Shown here one piece after another: positions 11,014 through 22,171 of a stretch of 33,782 nucleotides of DNA. The notes below the pieces were generated by a model, which was given only the letters and a program-made list of their open reading frames with translations, was not told where the DNA came from and searched no databases. The translations under genes were made by a program, and so were the position numbers. Each line of letters opens with the position of its first letter. Position 1 is the stretch's first letter. The DNA is from Asterionella formosa (lineage: Eukaryota): positions 1 to 33,782 of the forward strand of contig NKIB01000308.1 of assembly GCA_002256025.1 (NCBI GenBank). Direction: 5' to 3'.

Positions 11014-12859
11014 TTTTTCAAAGCACACAAATTCGTCGACGCAACGCCTACAAGGGGTACTTCTTCGTTCCGTTTGAACATTGGCACTTTAAGTCAATGA
11101 ATGGGTCGAGACACAAAGGCCAGAAACAACTGCTTATGGTAGGGTCTTGAGGTGAGACGAGGCTAATATAGCTACCGGTAGGTTTTTGACGTTGTTTATT
11201 ATTGACTACCTGTAATAGGTTAAGTGGTGGCATGTCAAATTGCTTATTATTTCATCGTCCGTCGATGGAAGCACGTAAGGGCGTGGCTGGTGCGTGATGT
11301 GGCGTTAAGTAAACCAAAACGAGCGCATGTCATATGCAACTTTTTTGTATTGGCACGTGATGATTCATTCGTGGGACAACGATGACACCCGAGTTCTATG
11401 TACCGGTAGTATGATGAAGTCTCCTTCTGTATCCCTTTTTCTAGCGGTATAATAGATATACCGTATTATTTATCAAAAACCAGTAAATTTTATACTGGTA
11501 GAATACCTATCTCCATACCTGCGTACGGACAAGCAACCTACATATAGAATATTACAGGGTTACGTGATTTACGAAGATCCCGGAACAAATGGAAAGTTCG
11601 GAGTAGTACCAGGTACCCTGGTACTGTACAGGTAAGAGAACAAGGACATGGCCTACGTACGCCCTGGTGCCACGTCACTTGGATGTATGCTCTGTTTATT
11701 TACGGAATCAGTATCTTACTACCGGTGCTCCCTCTGTTCTGGTAAAGTTGCAACACGCTCAGCGACTAACCCGGCTCGACACTCTGTAGAAGTAATTAGC
11801 AATTTTGTAGGTTAGATTAGTATATTTAGACGAGTGTAACGCTAAATAGCGATACTTATGCATCGTTTAGGGCTATTGATTTTCGTTGGCCAGCATACTG
11901 ACCTGTATTCATGTTTTTTATATCGGCTATTACTACCAAAGAGAATCAGCTAAATAAACTAACGAGCATGTGTTTCCGGACAAAGAAAATTCATTCTACA
12001 AACGTCCAATAATATACAGTATAGATAACGTTTTCTGCATGAGGTTGCGAAACAACGAGCAATCGGCGACGTTTTGTCGCTGTTCTGGTGTTAAATTTCT
12101 TCTACTGATGTCTATTGACTTACAAATGGGGGGGGAGGGGGCAGAGCTAGCTAACTAACCAATCGGTGCGCGATTCTACGAAAAACGCCTAAAAAAAGGT
12201 TCACCTAACTGTAGACTAATTAGAACATACATCATAAACATCTTTATGTTCGGAAAGTTTTTTAAATAGGAAGGGCTACTAGACAGAGAATTATTGGAGG
12301 TTGCTCTTCATGTGAGGCAGTAACCTAAAGTTTGGTTGAAACTATACTGGAACAGAGGGAGTACATGTGAAAAGGAATGAATTGACCATTGGAGATCCTT
12401 TAATTGCTCGTGGATTTATATAATATAATTTTTTATGCTTTACTTTTATTCTTGCTTTATTATCCAGTATTGCCATTGAGGATATCATTACTGTTAAAGA
12501 TGGTTTCTGGTTAACACGGTTAGCCAGCTCAATTTCCCTTTACTAGTTTATCAGGATCCATTCCGCTCGCTGCGAGTAAAAGAAGAAAGAAGAGAAGAGT
12601 CGCTGCAATTCAACGGCGTGTCTGCCCAAGCTACAATGAATACTGACAGAGACAGAAAAAACAAGTCAACAACAATGTTCCAGGTGTCAAGCTTAAGACA
12701 AGGAGTCAGCATTGATCAGAGTGGAGAATCCTCTGCTGGTATGCTGGATAGCCTACGCGTGTCTGCAGAAGATACTAGAAAATCAAAAGTGGCTGCAAGC
12801 CCCAACAAGGAAGAGAGACATGTTGAAATTCCATTTATGATCACTCCGTACAGTCGACA

Positions 12860-15150
12860 TTAAAGCCTTGGAGGCAACAGTAGGCCTACAAAGAGTTGGC
12901 GATCCCCCATTGGCGGTTAATATGTCCCTGGACTGCCTGATTCCAACCAATGTCTTTTCGGTTCACGAAGGCTTGAAAGATTGCCAGTCCTATAACGTCA
13001 TCCTGCTGTGGGATTTTCCCCTCCTAGCGGACTGGAAGGTCTGCAGACCATTGGTGTAGTCCTCTCTCAAGGGTCTGAAACACAAGAGGGTAAGTAAGTA
13101 AATCATGGAAAGACACGCACTGTTCCTTGAGACCATTTCTGAATCCTCTCCTGAGCAGTGTCTGGACATTGAAGAATGTGGTCAAAATCTTCATTGAATT
13201 TCCCGCACTGGGGGCAACAACCACTGTTGAGTTTCTCATTTTGTCTTCATTTCTTCATCGTCGCAAATAGATCAAATTCGAGTTTACATGTTGTAGTGCA
13301 TGGGGCGCCCTTGATTTGCTTGCCCGCCGCTCTAGCTGCGGCTGCCCAATCCACCATGTCAAATATTTCTTGCGAGTGCCATCTTGTCCTTTCCATCCAT
13401 GATATGACCCTCCAGGTCTGACCGATAGGCTGATTGTTCTTTGATAGCTGAGGGTAGGTTGTTACACATTACCCATGTCTGGCCCAGCTGTAATGTTACC
13501 CAATGGCCTGGAGGAACTTGATATGAATTTGAGGTATCTATAGCTTTGACAATGAAGCCCAATCATCCATATGTCTTCTAAGTGAATCTTTCCTTGAATA
13601 TGATGTGAAAACTCCCACATCGATGTGAGCCATGTTGCTTTTCTCGATGTACTTTACATACTATGTGGGTGGGTGCAGCAACGGCATTTTGATTGTCCCA
13701 AGGGTCAAAATTAGGTTCTCAAATAAAATCACTATCAGTTGTGCTATCTCATTCTGATGGTCCAGATGACTCACAAGCATATGCATTTGGATGATCCCCT
13801 GGTCAGTATAACAAGTTTCAGTGAATCCAAAAGCTCCCAGGAGTGACGGGGGGACAAAAAATGAGACCATTTTGGTGTGAGAGCTAAAACCCATTTGAGA
13901 AATCATAGTTGGGAAAGAAGACCAATCACTTTTTGTGCAATCAGGTGTGGTACTAAGGGTCTATGCGCAGAGAGGGTATTTCATAGCTGGGCAAATCCAT
14001 GGCACAGTATGCCAGCATTACCTCGTTTTGTGTGAGTGCCGATGCTGTTATATTTTTGCTGGCTGAACGTCGTGCCTTTCTGAATTAAATGCGCTATCTC
14101 ATTAGTATTGTTACCATCCGGGGCTAATCAGGCCCCTAAATTTCGCGGTCCATCGCTTGATGCTTTCTGAAGAATTGTCAAGAAGAAGGTGTTGTAATCG
14201 TACCCAGATGTCAATTGTATCCTTAGGTCTTCATGCTTACTATGTCGTTTAAGTATCACATCGTCGTTTAACATTTACCAGTCCATTGCTACAAAAAAGC
14301 ATTTTACCAAGGCAAGGGCTCCACCAGTAGTATAAAAAATTGTTCCCAATACTGAGCAATTTCTTGCATCTCAATGGTGACCTTGCTTGGGTAGGACCCC
14401 TTGTTCCATTGCCAATATTTGTTCCGTGTTATCTACATATGTTTCAGCTGCTTTTGGGGGGAAAATAGCCCCTTGTAGCATGCATGTTATTGCCAGCCAT
14501 AATGCTGGGGATGCTCCTGGTCTGACCCTTGAAGGATGCCAAGGACCCAATTTTGTATGTTGGAGTATGACTTGGCTGAGATCCCCAAGGATGTGCATAT
14601 TCTATATGTCATTCTTTCCAGTGTCTGGATTGCATTCCTGGATGCTGCTAATCTACAAAGAGCTATACCATCCACTTACAGGCGGACTATCCTGTCAAAC
14701 ACTGCTTTCCCATCGTCTTTATTGATTATAACTGCCACTTGTTTACATATCTTGATTCCATCAAATATGGAATCCATTGAAGACCTGTTTGGTCTGGATC
14801 CCCATTGTAAGCTTTTGATGAAGCCTTTGCCTTCTGCCCTGTGTACCAGTTGGCGGCCAAAACTAATTCGACAAAACATCATCTAAGTTTATCAAGTCTT
14901 GGGGTTCCCTCAATAAATTTTTCAGCATTATCTGCAAGGCATTAAGCCATCTGATCAGGGTCAATCCAAACTCAAAAGGTACAGACATCAGGGTGGAGTA
15001 TATCATACATATTATATGTAATGCCCAATATGTCATCTTCTAAGAGGAAGTCTTCTCTGAGACTTGCTTCAACCCTTGTTTGAAGTCTTCAATTGTTATG
15101 TTATTGCTGACTGAATAGTGTCATCTCCGGTTTCACCTTTTGCATAATGT
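12860..15150 (-). mobile_element. Decayed non-LTR retrotransposon ORF2 (RT plus CCHC), Ambal-like; many stops and frameshifts
   Basis: Ordered motifs on the - strand: ITIEDFKQG..EKTSS / HIGHY (~15090-15020), RW...IML..GNP, QWGSRPNRS (~14800), D.KAVFDRI, GILQGS/GASPALW (~14510), YVDNT catalytic remnant (14425-14439), TTGGALALVKCF (~14310), MGFSSHT..GF..YTDQG, WLTSMWEF (~13620), CPQCGKFNEDFDHILQC (13166-13216), IGWNQAVQGHINRQW (~12930). Confidence 0.88.
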
Positions 15151-15651
15151 ATTGTAACTGGAACCAAAAATTCCCCAAAATGTACTGTTTTGATTTGCTA
15201 GGTAATTATGCCATCATGAAGAACAACTTGTATGAACAAGGACCAGCATTGTTATGTTTTGAGTTGTTGGAGAAAATCTATGGTCACAATGAAGAAGAAT
15301 TCATATGGTCTGGAAGTAAACAAGCAAAAACTAATTTGGGGTTAGCTGACAGATTATGTAAACAATCAATTCTACTTGAGTCGAGCTTTGTTTGACAATA
15401 TTGGTTTGCTGACAGATTCATTAAAATCGGATTCTAATTGAGTGGAGCACAGATATATGAAATTCACTTCGAAATCTCATAAAACTACCAGGTACCAATG
15501 AAGGAATGCACACTTGTTTGAAGTAAACAAGTAAACTGGGTTACAGGTAGACAGTTATGTCAACGAAGTATAGATAGTAGTCTAAATAGAGGGTCGAAGA
15601 ACACTGTTTTTGACAAATATTGTACTGCGGAGGATAGAAGCGGCCAGATAT

Positions 15652-17151
15652 CTAGTCGTGCCCTGTTTCGTCATCATCGAAACTTTCGTCGTTAACACCA
15701 TCCAACGACGACCGTCTGATTCGGAGTACAAAATCATTGGTACCCAAAACAGTTCCTCGTGCTTTACGTTTTTTCAACGCTTCGCCGTATTTTTGTAAAA
15801 AATCGTGAGAACTTGCTACCTCGGTCCATCGTGCTTGAATGGTACGTGGATTTCTATCCGGAAAGTATTTTTGGGCGAGTTCAGACCAACTCATCACCAT
15901 TTCATTATTGGCCTTAACTACATCAATCAAACGTTGATCCTCCCCTGGTGTCCATGGGGTTGTCGAATAAAATGGGTTGAGAGATCGATACCATTTGGCA
16001 GTGATCGATTGACTAGCACGTCGAGGCAAATGATTCCCAGCAGGAACCAATGGATTGGCGTCATTTTGATAAATTTTCATCCCTAACACCAACGTCATGT
16101 CTTCTTCAGTCGACCATGCCGATCGAGCCAAGTTGGGATTGAGTAACGATTGATTGGCTCGGGCCATAATATTTTTCGGTGATTTGTCCTGAAGCATAGA
16201 AATGGAAAGTCGACATGATTCTGCAATACTTAGTATGTATTGAGGTCCCATAGCAGCCATGTATTTGAGCAGGAATTCGTCTTGCAATGGTGTCCATGCT
16301 CCATCGTTCGTTGAAGCAGGATTGGTGAGTTTCATTTTTTGGTGGTGGCAAAACGTTTGCCACGTTGTTCTACCACTTATGCGAATTCTGGTCCAACTGG
16401 GTTTCGAACCTTGGGAATGAATCTGCTGTAGAGTCGCAAGTGATTCTTCTTTGGTAAAGGGGGATGGATTGCCAAGCCCGAGATAGAACAGTCGACACTC
16501 CTCCGATGTTCTCGGTACTTTGGTTTCTTTTGTAATTGATATTTTTGCACTTGATTGCAGAGAATTAGCAATGTTACTCCAGTCTAGGGCATCGACATGT
16601 TCTTGTCGATGCTTTTGAACTAGTTGTTGCAGGAGTTTTTGTTCGGCAAGACTCCATGGTGGATGTGTGTGAAAAAATAATTTTCCGTTTTCCATGTCTC
16701 GACGTCGAATAACATCAAGATTAGGAAGTGGGGATGATCCATTCGGATCAGTGAAGAAACATCTTGTCCATCTTCGGTATGGGTCGTAATTCCATTTCTT
16801 GGCAACAGTTTTCTTTGTCTTGTTCATTGCTGTGGTCTTCCTTTTCGTGCCATGTATTGTCTCGCTAGAAGTTGTCAATTCCTCGATTTCGTCATTTGTT
16901 ATCATGGATTGGAGTATGCTATCTCCTATAGGTGAAATCTTCATTTCCCTAATCTTTCTTCTATCCAGTTGGTCCCATGCACAAGTCATGTGTTTGGTGA
17001 GTTTAGAAGCCAAACGCCGATTCTCTGCCTTGATCTGTCCCAATTTTATCAACTGACGCCTAGTCGCGTCTTGCAACTTTTGATTAGCCGCAATGGCATA
17101 CTCCAGCGTTTCCTGAGTACGTTTAAGGGACGATAGAGGAGGAGGAGCCAT
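15652..17151 (-). CDS. SNAPC4: Myb-repeat protein, SNAPC4/SNAP190-like (snRNA-activating complex)
   Basis: N-terminal coiled coil, FFTDPNGSSPLPNLD (SNAPC4-type F.D..G..P..N.D), then several Myb repeats (WS.AE.K.L; WT..QD..L; WSTEED; WTPGEDQRL...WSELA...RN...IQARW). ATG at 17151. Confidence 0.72.
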   Translation of the reverse strand: MAPPPLSSLKRTQETLEYAIAANQKLQDATRRQLIKLGQIKAENRRLASKLTKHMTCAWDQLDRRKIREMKISPIGDSILQSMITNDEIEELTTSSETIHGTKRKTTAMNKTKKTVAKKWNYDPYRRWTRCFFTDPNGSSPLPNLDVIRRRDMENGKLFFHTHPPWSLAEQKLLQQLVQKHRQEHVDALDWSNIANSLQSSAKISITKETKVPRTSEECRLFYLGLGNPSPFTKEESLATLQQIHSQGSKPSWTRIRISGRTTWQTFCHHQKMKLTNPASTNDGAWTPLQDEFLLKYMAAMGPQYILSIAESCRLSISMLQDKSPKNIMARANQSLLNPNLARSAWSTEEDMTLVLGMKIYQNDANPLVPAGNHLPRRASQSITAKWYRSLNPFYSTTPWTPGEDQRLIDVVKANNEMVMSWSELAQKYFPDRNPRTIQARWTEVASSHDFLQKYGEALKKRKARGTVLGTNDFVLRIRRSSLDGVNDESFDDDETGHD

Positions 17152-17469
17152 TCGTGATTGGCAGCAACGAGAGTAATCCAAACGAACAAAAATCGATCAA
17201 CCAAGTAGTAGCAAAAATTATGTCAGTAGCAACATTAACCCCTATCGCTTGAGGTAGGGTTAAAACAATAAAATTGATTCAGAGTGAAGGCAAACAATAA
17301 CCCAGCCAGCGTTGAGCAATTGTCATCCAAAAAAATCGGCCTTCTCACCTGTCTCCAAAATATTGGAAACAGAGTGCGAAAACATCATCATCCGAAAAAG
17401 GAGTCTTGTGATTCAATTTTAGTCATAAAAGTTTAACAAAAAATACCATTGTTAGTGTGTGCTGCATTA

Positions 17470-18307
17470 TTTAAATGCAGATTGATTATTGCAAATTGCT
17501 AACCTCCATTTCATTGACCTGGTTTGCAAGATCTTGCAAAGCTATGCCAGCCACACCCCTGAATACATATGTAACATTTTCTTGGGTCATTGCCGGTGCT
17601 ATATGCATTCCAGTAGAATGTGTACGCCTTGAACAAAGAATGGGCAGAGTGCATTGCTTTTCATGCACATTGAGTGCCTGATATATATTTTACTGAATGA
17701 CATGCCTCTTCCATTGCAAGAGTGATTGTTTCTAGTTGTGCCTTTCTAACAACCTCCTCAACAACACAGAAATTTCCTTGCATTAACCAGTACCCAAATA
17801 TAATTGGTAAGCTCATTTGCAGAACAAATGATGATGCACTGCATTGCCAGGTCCCATTCCCACCTTGTGACAACGCAAAATAAACTGTTTGTTGATTCAA
17901 AAGTGTTTTGCTTCTATTTCCTTATTTGTTACCTCACCATTGTCTTTGGTCTTCTCCCTTCTTCCAGATTTGAGTTTAGTATCTTAGTATCTAGTGTTCT
18001 GGGGGGGGGGACAAAGAGACAGGTCCTGTTGTACTCTACAGACAAATAAAACCGGTCCTAACTGTTTCCATTCAAGTGGGCATGAGAGCGATTATTGGAT
18101 AGTTGGATAGCTTTAATGTACCATAAAAAATATAATTGACATTTTAAAACAACATACAAACATACATAGGAGGATTTAAGTAGACTTTCTATTGAAATGA
18201 AAAATTATTTAAAAAAAATCACTACTAGATTTAGAACATTTAAAAGTCGGTTTGAAACTAGTGAACACTTCCCATGGGTCTTTGTTTTTCAATAAAGATT
18301 GGACCCC
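17470..18307 (-). mobile_element. Possible degenerate Kolobok/Mutator-like transposase remnant
   Basis: Frameshifted INKQFILRCHKVGMG + LQMSLP...MQGNFCVVEEVV...AMEEA resembles the N-terminus of 'Mutator-like transposase' proteins. Candidate TTAA|GGGGTCC terminus at 18311-18301. CpG-depleted. The other end was not found. Confidence 0.3.
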
Positions 18308-20215
18308 TTAAAGCAACAGTCTTAAACTTCCTTCTGAACTCCTTTTCCCAATGGTACAAAGATGATGGTTAAGTGCTTTTGATGGTGACAACCCTGATCA
18401 TTCCATTCTGAGCAAGCGTGATCGCCACGCTGCTCCAGAACTATTGACTCTCTCTAGCTGAGTATTCGTCATGTAGCTTCTGATACGAACTCGTAGTAGA
18501 AATGTAGCAAAGCGCGTTAGTACAAGAAATGCATTGCTTGGCGGCAATATTGACATCATTGTCAACGACTATACAAATCAACAAATACGATCAACAACGG
18601 CACAATACCACATCTTCAATGAGTAGTCATTGATAAATGCATTGGTTCTCATGTAGATATGTACAATCGAAACAAAACGACAGTGCGTAACGACAAACAA
18701 CGATGGAAGCGATCAAAACAAACCACGGAAGCAATCAAATCGGAAAGTCGATAAATACGATCTACAATCCACATTCAGTATTTCACTGTTGTACTCACCG
18801 ATCCGCTTCAACTAGCATAACAAGCAGCAGACGATGGGATCAAAGAAAGACTAACGTTGCCTATTGCAAGCCCGAATAGAGCAAAGGCAGGCAAGATAGA
18901 GTGAGAACTATATTTGTGAGGACGAAATCGGGCATACGGTACGTAAAATCAATGAATATGTGAATGATATAATTCAACATTTCAGGTCTTGTAAAAATAA
19001 TACCGAGACTGCAGAGATAATATTATAACCTGTTCAAAGTAAGCGTTAAAGCATAGCTTAAACCATGCATGGTTGTTTTTAGTACCACGTACGTATGTAG
19101 ACTAGATGACTGCCAACTGCCGGTACCGGTAGAATATCCATTAAGCATCATTACATACATGACCGCAGCAAAAACTTGCCACCAACATCAGATGTATCAA
19201 TATCATCGTTTGTCTGACGAAAAATGGACGATGCGACTACATGAATGCCTCGAGAAGACAAGCAATCCAACAATCAACCGCATCCGTTAGGCAAAGAATC
19301 GCTACTGGCGTCATCGCGGAACTGATTTCGCTTCAAACCGGTCATGATGGACGACGATTGGCATGGTGAAAAGTGAAAGGTGAATTGCCGGAGTCCACTT
19401 TTCAGGAGACGAACAAAAACGAGGTGAATTCTAGATATAAATTATTCAAATCTGTTTAGTATATAAAATGGTTCACTTAAGTAGACCCCTTGCCGATTTC
19501 GGCAATCCCAGGGCTGGAAAACCGAGGGGCAATTGGCGTCTGTTGTCTTGCCAAAATGCGAACATATGAAATATTGAAAATATATTTTAATGATGGGCAA
19601 TATCAGACCTTTGGCAATTTTCGAGGTGAAGATAGGAAATAAACAAAATATATTTTATCTGATGGGCAATAGTACCGGTAGGCTAAAATTGACATTTATG
19701 CTAAATTTGTGGGCAGTAGGTAAGCGAATGACGCGACGATAGCTAGAGCGGGAATTGCCTCAACAATACCCTTCTCGGCGGCTACTTGCCTTCTCGTATA
19801 CATGTGTACTCGCAGGCAAGAGACCACCTCGGGCGTGTATTGCCTTCAGCACCATCTTGTGGCCATCTTCCAAAAAGCTTTGAGAACACAAGAAAATATG
19901 AGACTTGATTTGTTCTAGAGTGCTACCAACACCTAATATCAGCATTTCGGTCTCTTCTTCCTGGAACAAAAGGCAACAGGAATAAGTCAATTTACATTAT
20001 TTGGCTTGAAAATGTGCTTGGAATGTGCTCAAAAGAAATATGCTACCAAGTGGCTGATATGTCACTGATTTTGCAAGGTAAACTTCGTAGGGTTCATTGA
20101 GACAGTTCAATAATCTTGAGTGGTCCATTCACGCTGCAGTGATGGTTGCGATTCCCTTGAAAAATTAGAAATCGAATTATCCACCAGGAGATGGATATTA
20201 ATTCTTTTCTATCGC

Positions 20216-22171
20216 CTATTCCCGAGCTTGGTATGTGTCTTTCGAAATACAGCTCATATTGGAATCCCGATTTCGGACCAAGTTGAGCAAGAGGTTTGCT
20301 GCAACCTTTGAAAGTTCAGCAGCAACCTGGGCAAGTTCATCAGACTTATAATCTAGTTGGGAAGAAGGCTCTACTCGAATCGTCATTTCGCTCTTAACTT
20401 CCTCCTCGCCCGGTCTTACGTTAGACCTTGCACCGATCGTGAATTCAAAATGAAATGAATAGGGTTGGTATTCAGCAGAAGGATCCGGGAGTCTCACTTG
20501 ATGACACACTCCAATCGTAGCTGATGGGTGTAAAGAAACGCTTGAAGTACTTGGTATGGTTTCAGATATCGACTCATTCGAGGATTGAGAAAAATACATA
20601 CCACTATGATCATTATGCATCACAGGCATTTCGGAAAGCTTTCCATTGTGTTCGATCACGTTTGCCTCTATCTCTCTTGGTATGAATTTGTTTGTCTCAA
20701 AAAATTTAAGAATCAGGTTGGTACATTCCTCCGGATAAAGTTGGCTTCCAGAATGAGGAACGAGAAATGGTTGCCTGGCGATCGCAATAGTCTCACCGAC
20801 TCTGGGAAGAGTTATCTTTGAAGATTGACAATTTGCTGATTGGATCAAAAGTGTTTCGGGAATTGGCAAGGTTTTCTCTGTCCAGTTTTCATCAATGTGG
20901 TTGCTTTTGAGTCTCGTGAACTCAACACTATTCAATAAGAGATCATCAGCAACCTTAGCGAGTTCGTTTGCATCCCAATGATGATTGTCGACTATACACG
21001 AAGTTCTTCGTTTATTCCCTCTTTCATCCAGAAGTGCTTGCATTATTTGGATTGACCTTGGTTGATGATAGATCTCAAAATCGGGTGAAAGTACGAGTTC
21101 AATCCAGTATCGACTTACATTTACGTCTACTACATCCGTCAACCAATATGTCTTACAGCTTGGGTCACCGTTACCATTTTTCTCCTTGAGGTATGTCAGG
21201 GGCCAATAGAACATGTCTATGAAATCGAACATCAATTTCTTGAAGATGGGTTTTCTTTGAGGTCCTTGATAAAATATAAATGAATTGCTGTGAAGAGTGG
21301 GGATTTCATCACGCTCTTCATGACCAAACTGATCTACGACAACTTTTATTGTCAAGGCGTTTGTTCGGGTTCCTATGTTCGAAGGCGATTCTGGTTGAGC
21401 CAGGGAAGGTGTCACTGAGAATGGTAAATGCTCCTGCCATGCTGGAGAGGTCGCCTTGAGGTATTTTTGTACAGTTTTTTGTGCATTGACGATATCAGGA
21501 TCGATGGGCACCGCATCCAATGCGATTAAGTCGCTATACACTATTCCATTTAATTTCCCACTACCTTTGGGAAAAGTAATGTCTTCCCTGTCACAATTCG
21601 ACACTATCAATGAGTCGCTTAACATTAAACTTGTCTCTCTCGTGTCACGCTCGAAAGATTCAACCATAGATGGCTCAGCCTTGCAGGCAAGACAGTTTTG
21701 GCCGTCCTCTTTCAGGTCTTCAAAAGAATCCTTTGACAAGAAATAGGGCACCAGAGTTGGAGTAGCAGAGCGTCTGTCTTCGCTTTTTACTGCACAATCA
21801 AAAATTTGTGGAATTAAACGCTTGAAAGTATGATCGTGGTGTTCCTCGCCATCGACACCCTGTTCGAAAGAAGTTGACAAGATACCTGAATCATTGTTGG
21901 CGAACAACATTGACGAATCTGTGCGTTCAGTTGAAACATCAGTCGATAACGAATCCGCACAAGTCGAGTTTGTATAATGACTTGCGCCATGCTTCTTGCC
22001 GCTTGTGGAGTGATCGTGTCGAGAATTCGACTCTGAATTGTCCGATTGACTTCCGACGGGCCCCACAAGGCCAGTACCAGCCCAGATATTCTCCAACTCC
22101 ATTGCTTCGTCAAGCACATCTTGATCGTAGACAGGATCACGAGATTGTAGATATACCGCTACGGTAGTCAT
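20216..22171 (-). CDS. Hypothetical protein, 651 aa
   Basis: Uninterrupted 1956-nt ATG ORF. Acidic, Ser-rich N-terminal half and globular-looking C-terminal segments. No motif recognised. Confidence 0.75.
   Translation of the reverse strand: MTTVAVYLQSRDPVYDQDVLDEAMELENIWAGTGLVGPVGSQSDNSESNSRHDHSTSGKKHGASHYTNSTCADSLSTDVSTERTDSSMLFANNDSGILSTSFEQGVDGEEHHDHTFKRLIPQIFDCAVKSEDRRSATPTLVPYFLSKDSFEDLKEDGQNCLACKAEPSMVESFERDTRETSLMLSDSLIVSNCDREDITFPKGSGKLNGIVYSDLIALDAVPIDPDIVNAQKTVQKYLKATSPAWQEHLPFSVTPSLAQPESPSNIGTRTNALTIKVVVDQFGHEERDEIPTLHSNSFIFYQGPQRKPIFKKLMFDFIDMFYWPLTYLKEKNGNGDPSCKTYWLTDVVDVNVSRYWIELVLSPDFEIYHQPRSIQIMQALLDERGNKRRTSCIVDNHHWDANELAKVADDLLLNSVEFTRLKSNHIDENWTEKTLPIPETLLIQSANCQSSKITLPRVGETIAIARQPFLVPHSGSQLYPEECTNLILKFFETNKFIPREIEANVIEHNGKLSEMPVMHNDHSGMYFSQSSNESISETIPSTSSVSLHPSATIGVCHQVRLPDPSAEYQPYSFHFEFTIGARSNVRPGEEEVKSEMTIRVEPSSQLDYKSDELAQVAAELSKVAANLLLNLVRNRDSNMSCISKDTYQARE

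Noticed and set aside
15147..15395. 82-aa + strand ORF next to the LINE 5' break
   Set aside because: Short, CpG-poor and without a recognisable motif; insufficient support.
19760..20215. Possible extra exon or readthrough of the 651-aa gene
   Set aside because: All frames close soon after the stop and no clear GT-AG intron joins them.
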